From: Malacoraja senta
Taxonomy: Eukaryota
Assembly: GCA_038087875.1 (NCBI GenBank)
Contig: JAXLNO010000230.1
Coordinates: 124,001 to 188,000, forward strand
DNA length: 64,000 nt
Direction of reading: 5' to 3'
The position numbers and the translations under genes are program-made. Each line of letters opens with the position of its first letter. Within the stretch, counting starts at the first letter, position 1. A model generated the notes under the pieces. That model was not told the DNA's origin. It made no database searches and was given only the letters and a program-made list of their open reading frames with translations. Shown in pieces: positions 63,510-64,000 of the stretch.

Positions 63510-64000
63510 CCTTGAAAGTGGCATCACAGGTAGATAAGGTGGTCAAAAAGGCTTTTGGTACATTGGCCTTCATCAATCAGAGTATTCATCAACTGAGTAA
63601 AGAAGTTGGTAGGTCATATAAAATGTCGGTGAGGCCGCATTTAGAGTAATTTGCTCAGTTCTGGGCACCATGTCAGGAAAGATATTGTCAAGCTGGAAAG
63701 GGTGCAGAGAAGATTTACGAGAATGTTGCCAGGACACGAGGGCCTGAGCTATCGGGAGGGGTTGAGCAGGCTAGGACTCTATTCCTTGGGGCGCAGAAGG
63801 ATGAGTGGTGATCTTATGGAGGTGTACATAATCATGAGGGGAATAGATCGGGTAGACGCACAGTCTCTTGCCTAGAGTAGGGTAATCAAGAACCATAGGT
63901 TTAAAGTAACGGGAAAGATTTAATACAAACCTAAGGGGTAACATTTTCGCATAAAGGGTGGTAGGTGTATGGAATGAACTGCTGGAGGAGGTAGTTGAGT
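63510..64000 (+). mobile_element. CR1 3' fragment running off the window
   Basis: RKDIVKLERVQRRFTRMLPG...GLYSLGRRRMSGDLMEVY. Confidence 0.9.

Overview
This is eukaryotic, repeat-dense non-coding DNA. The repeat set (CR1 LINEs with matching V-SINE tails, L2, Rex/Babar, RTE, Penelope-like termini) points to a vertebrate, most likely a cartilaginous fish such as a skate or ray; that is inference. I can support no intact host gene, rRNA, complete tRNA or CRISPR array. Every recognisable ORF is a decayed transposable-element fragment: CR1, L2, Rex/Babar, RTE, L1, Gypsy gag-pol, Harbinger transposase plus a Myb-like partner, Tc1 and Penelope GIY-YIG. The interest lies in element structure. (1) An 859-bp young mini-LTR element whose primer-binding site extends 35 nt into tRNA-Leu, with one mismatch exactly at the m1A58 position, is joined directly to an integrase C-terminus. 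(2) Short fold-back Penelope-derived insertions have their own target-site duplications (TSDs) and carry hammerhead-ribozyme-like cores. (3) There is a head-to-tail cluster of non-autonomous Helitron-like elements. (4) An RTE LINE has a twin-priming-type 5' inversion and a 16-bp TSD. (5) A four-level nested insertion has an empty-site control copy in the same window. (6) A Gypsy remnant has an inverted LTR segment around a templated pol insert. A 200-N assembly gap lies at 25321-25520. Family assignments come from motif recognition, not database searches, and the boundaries of old elements are approximate.
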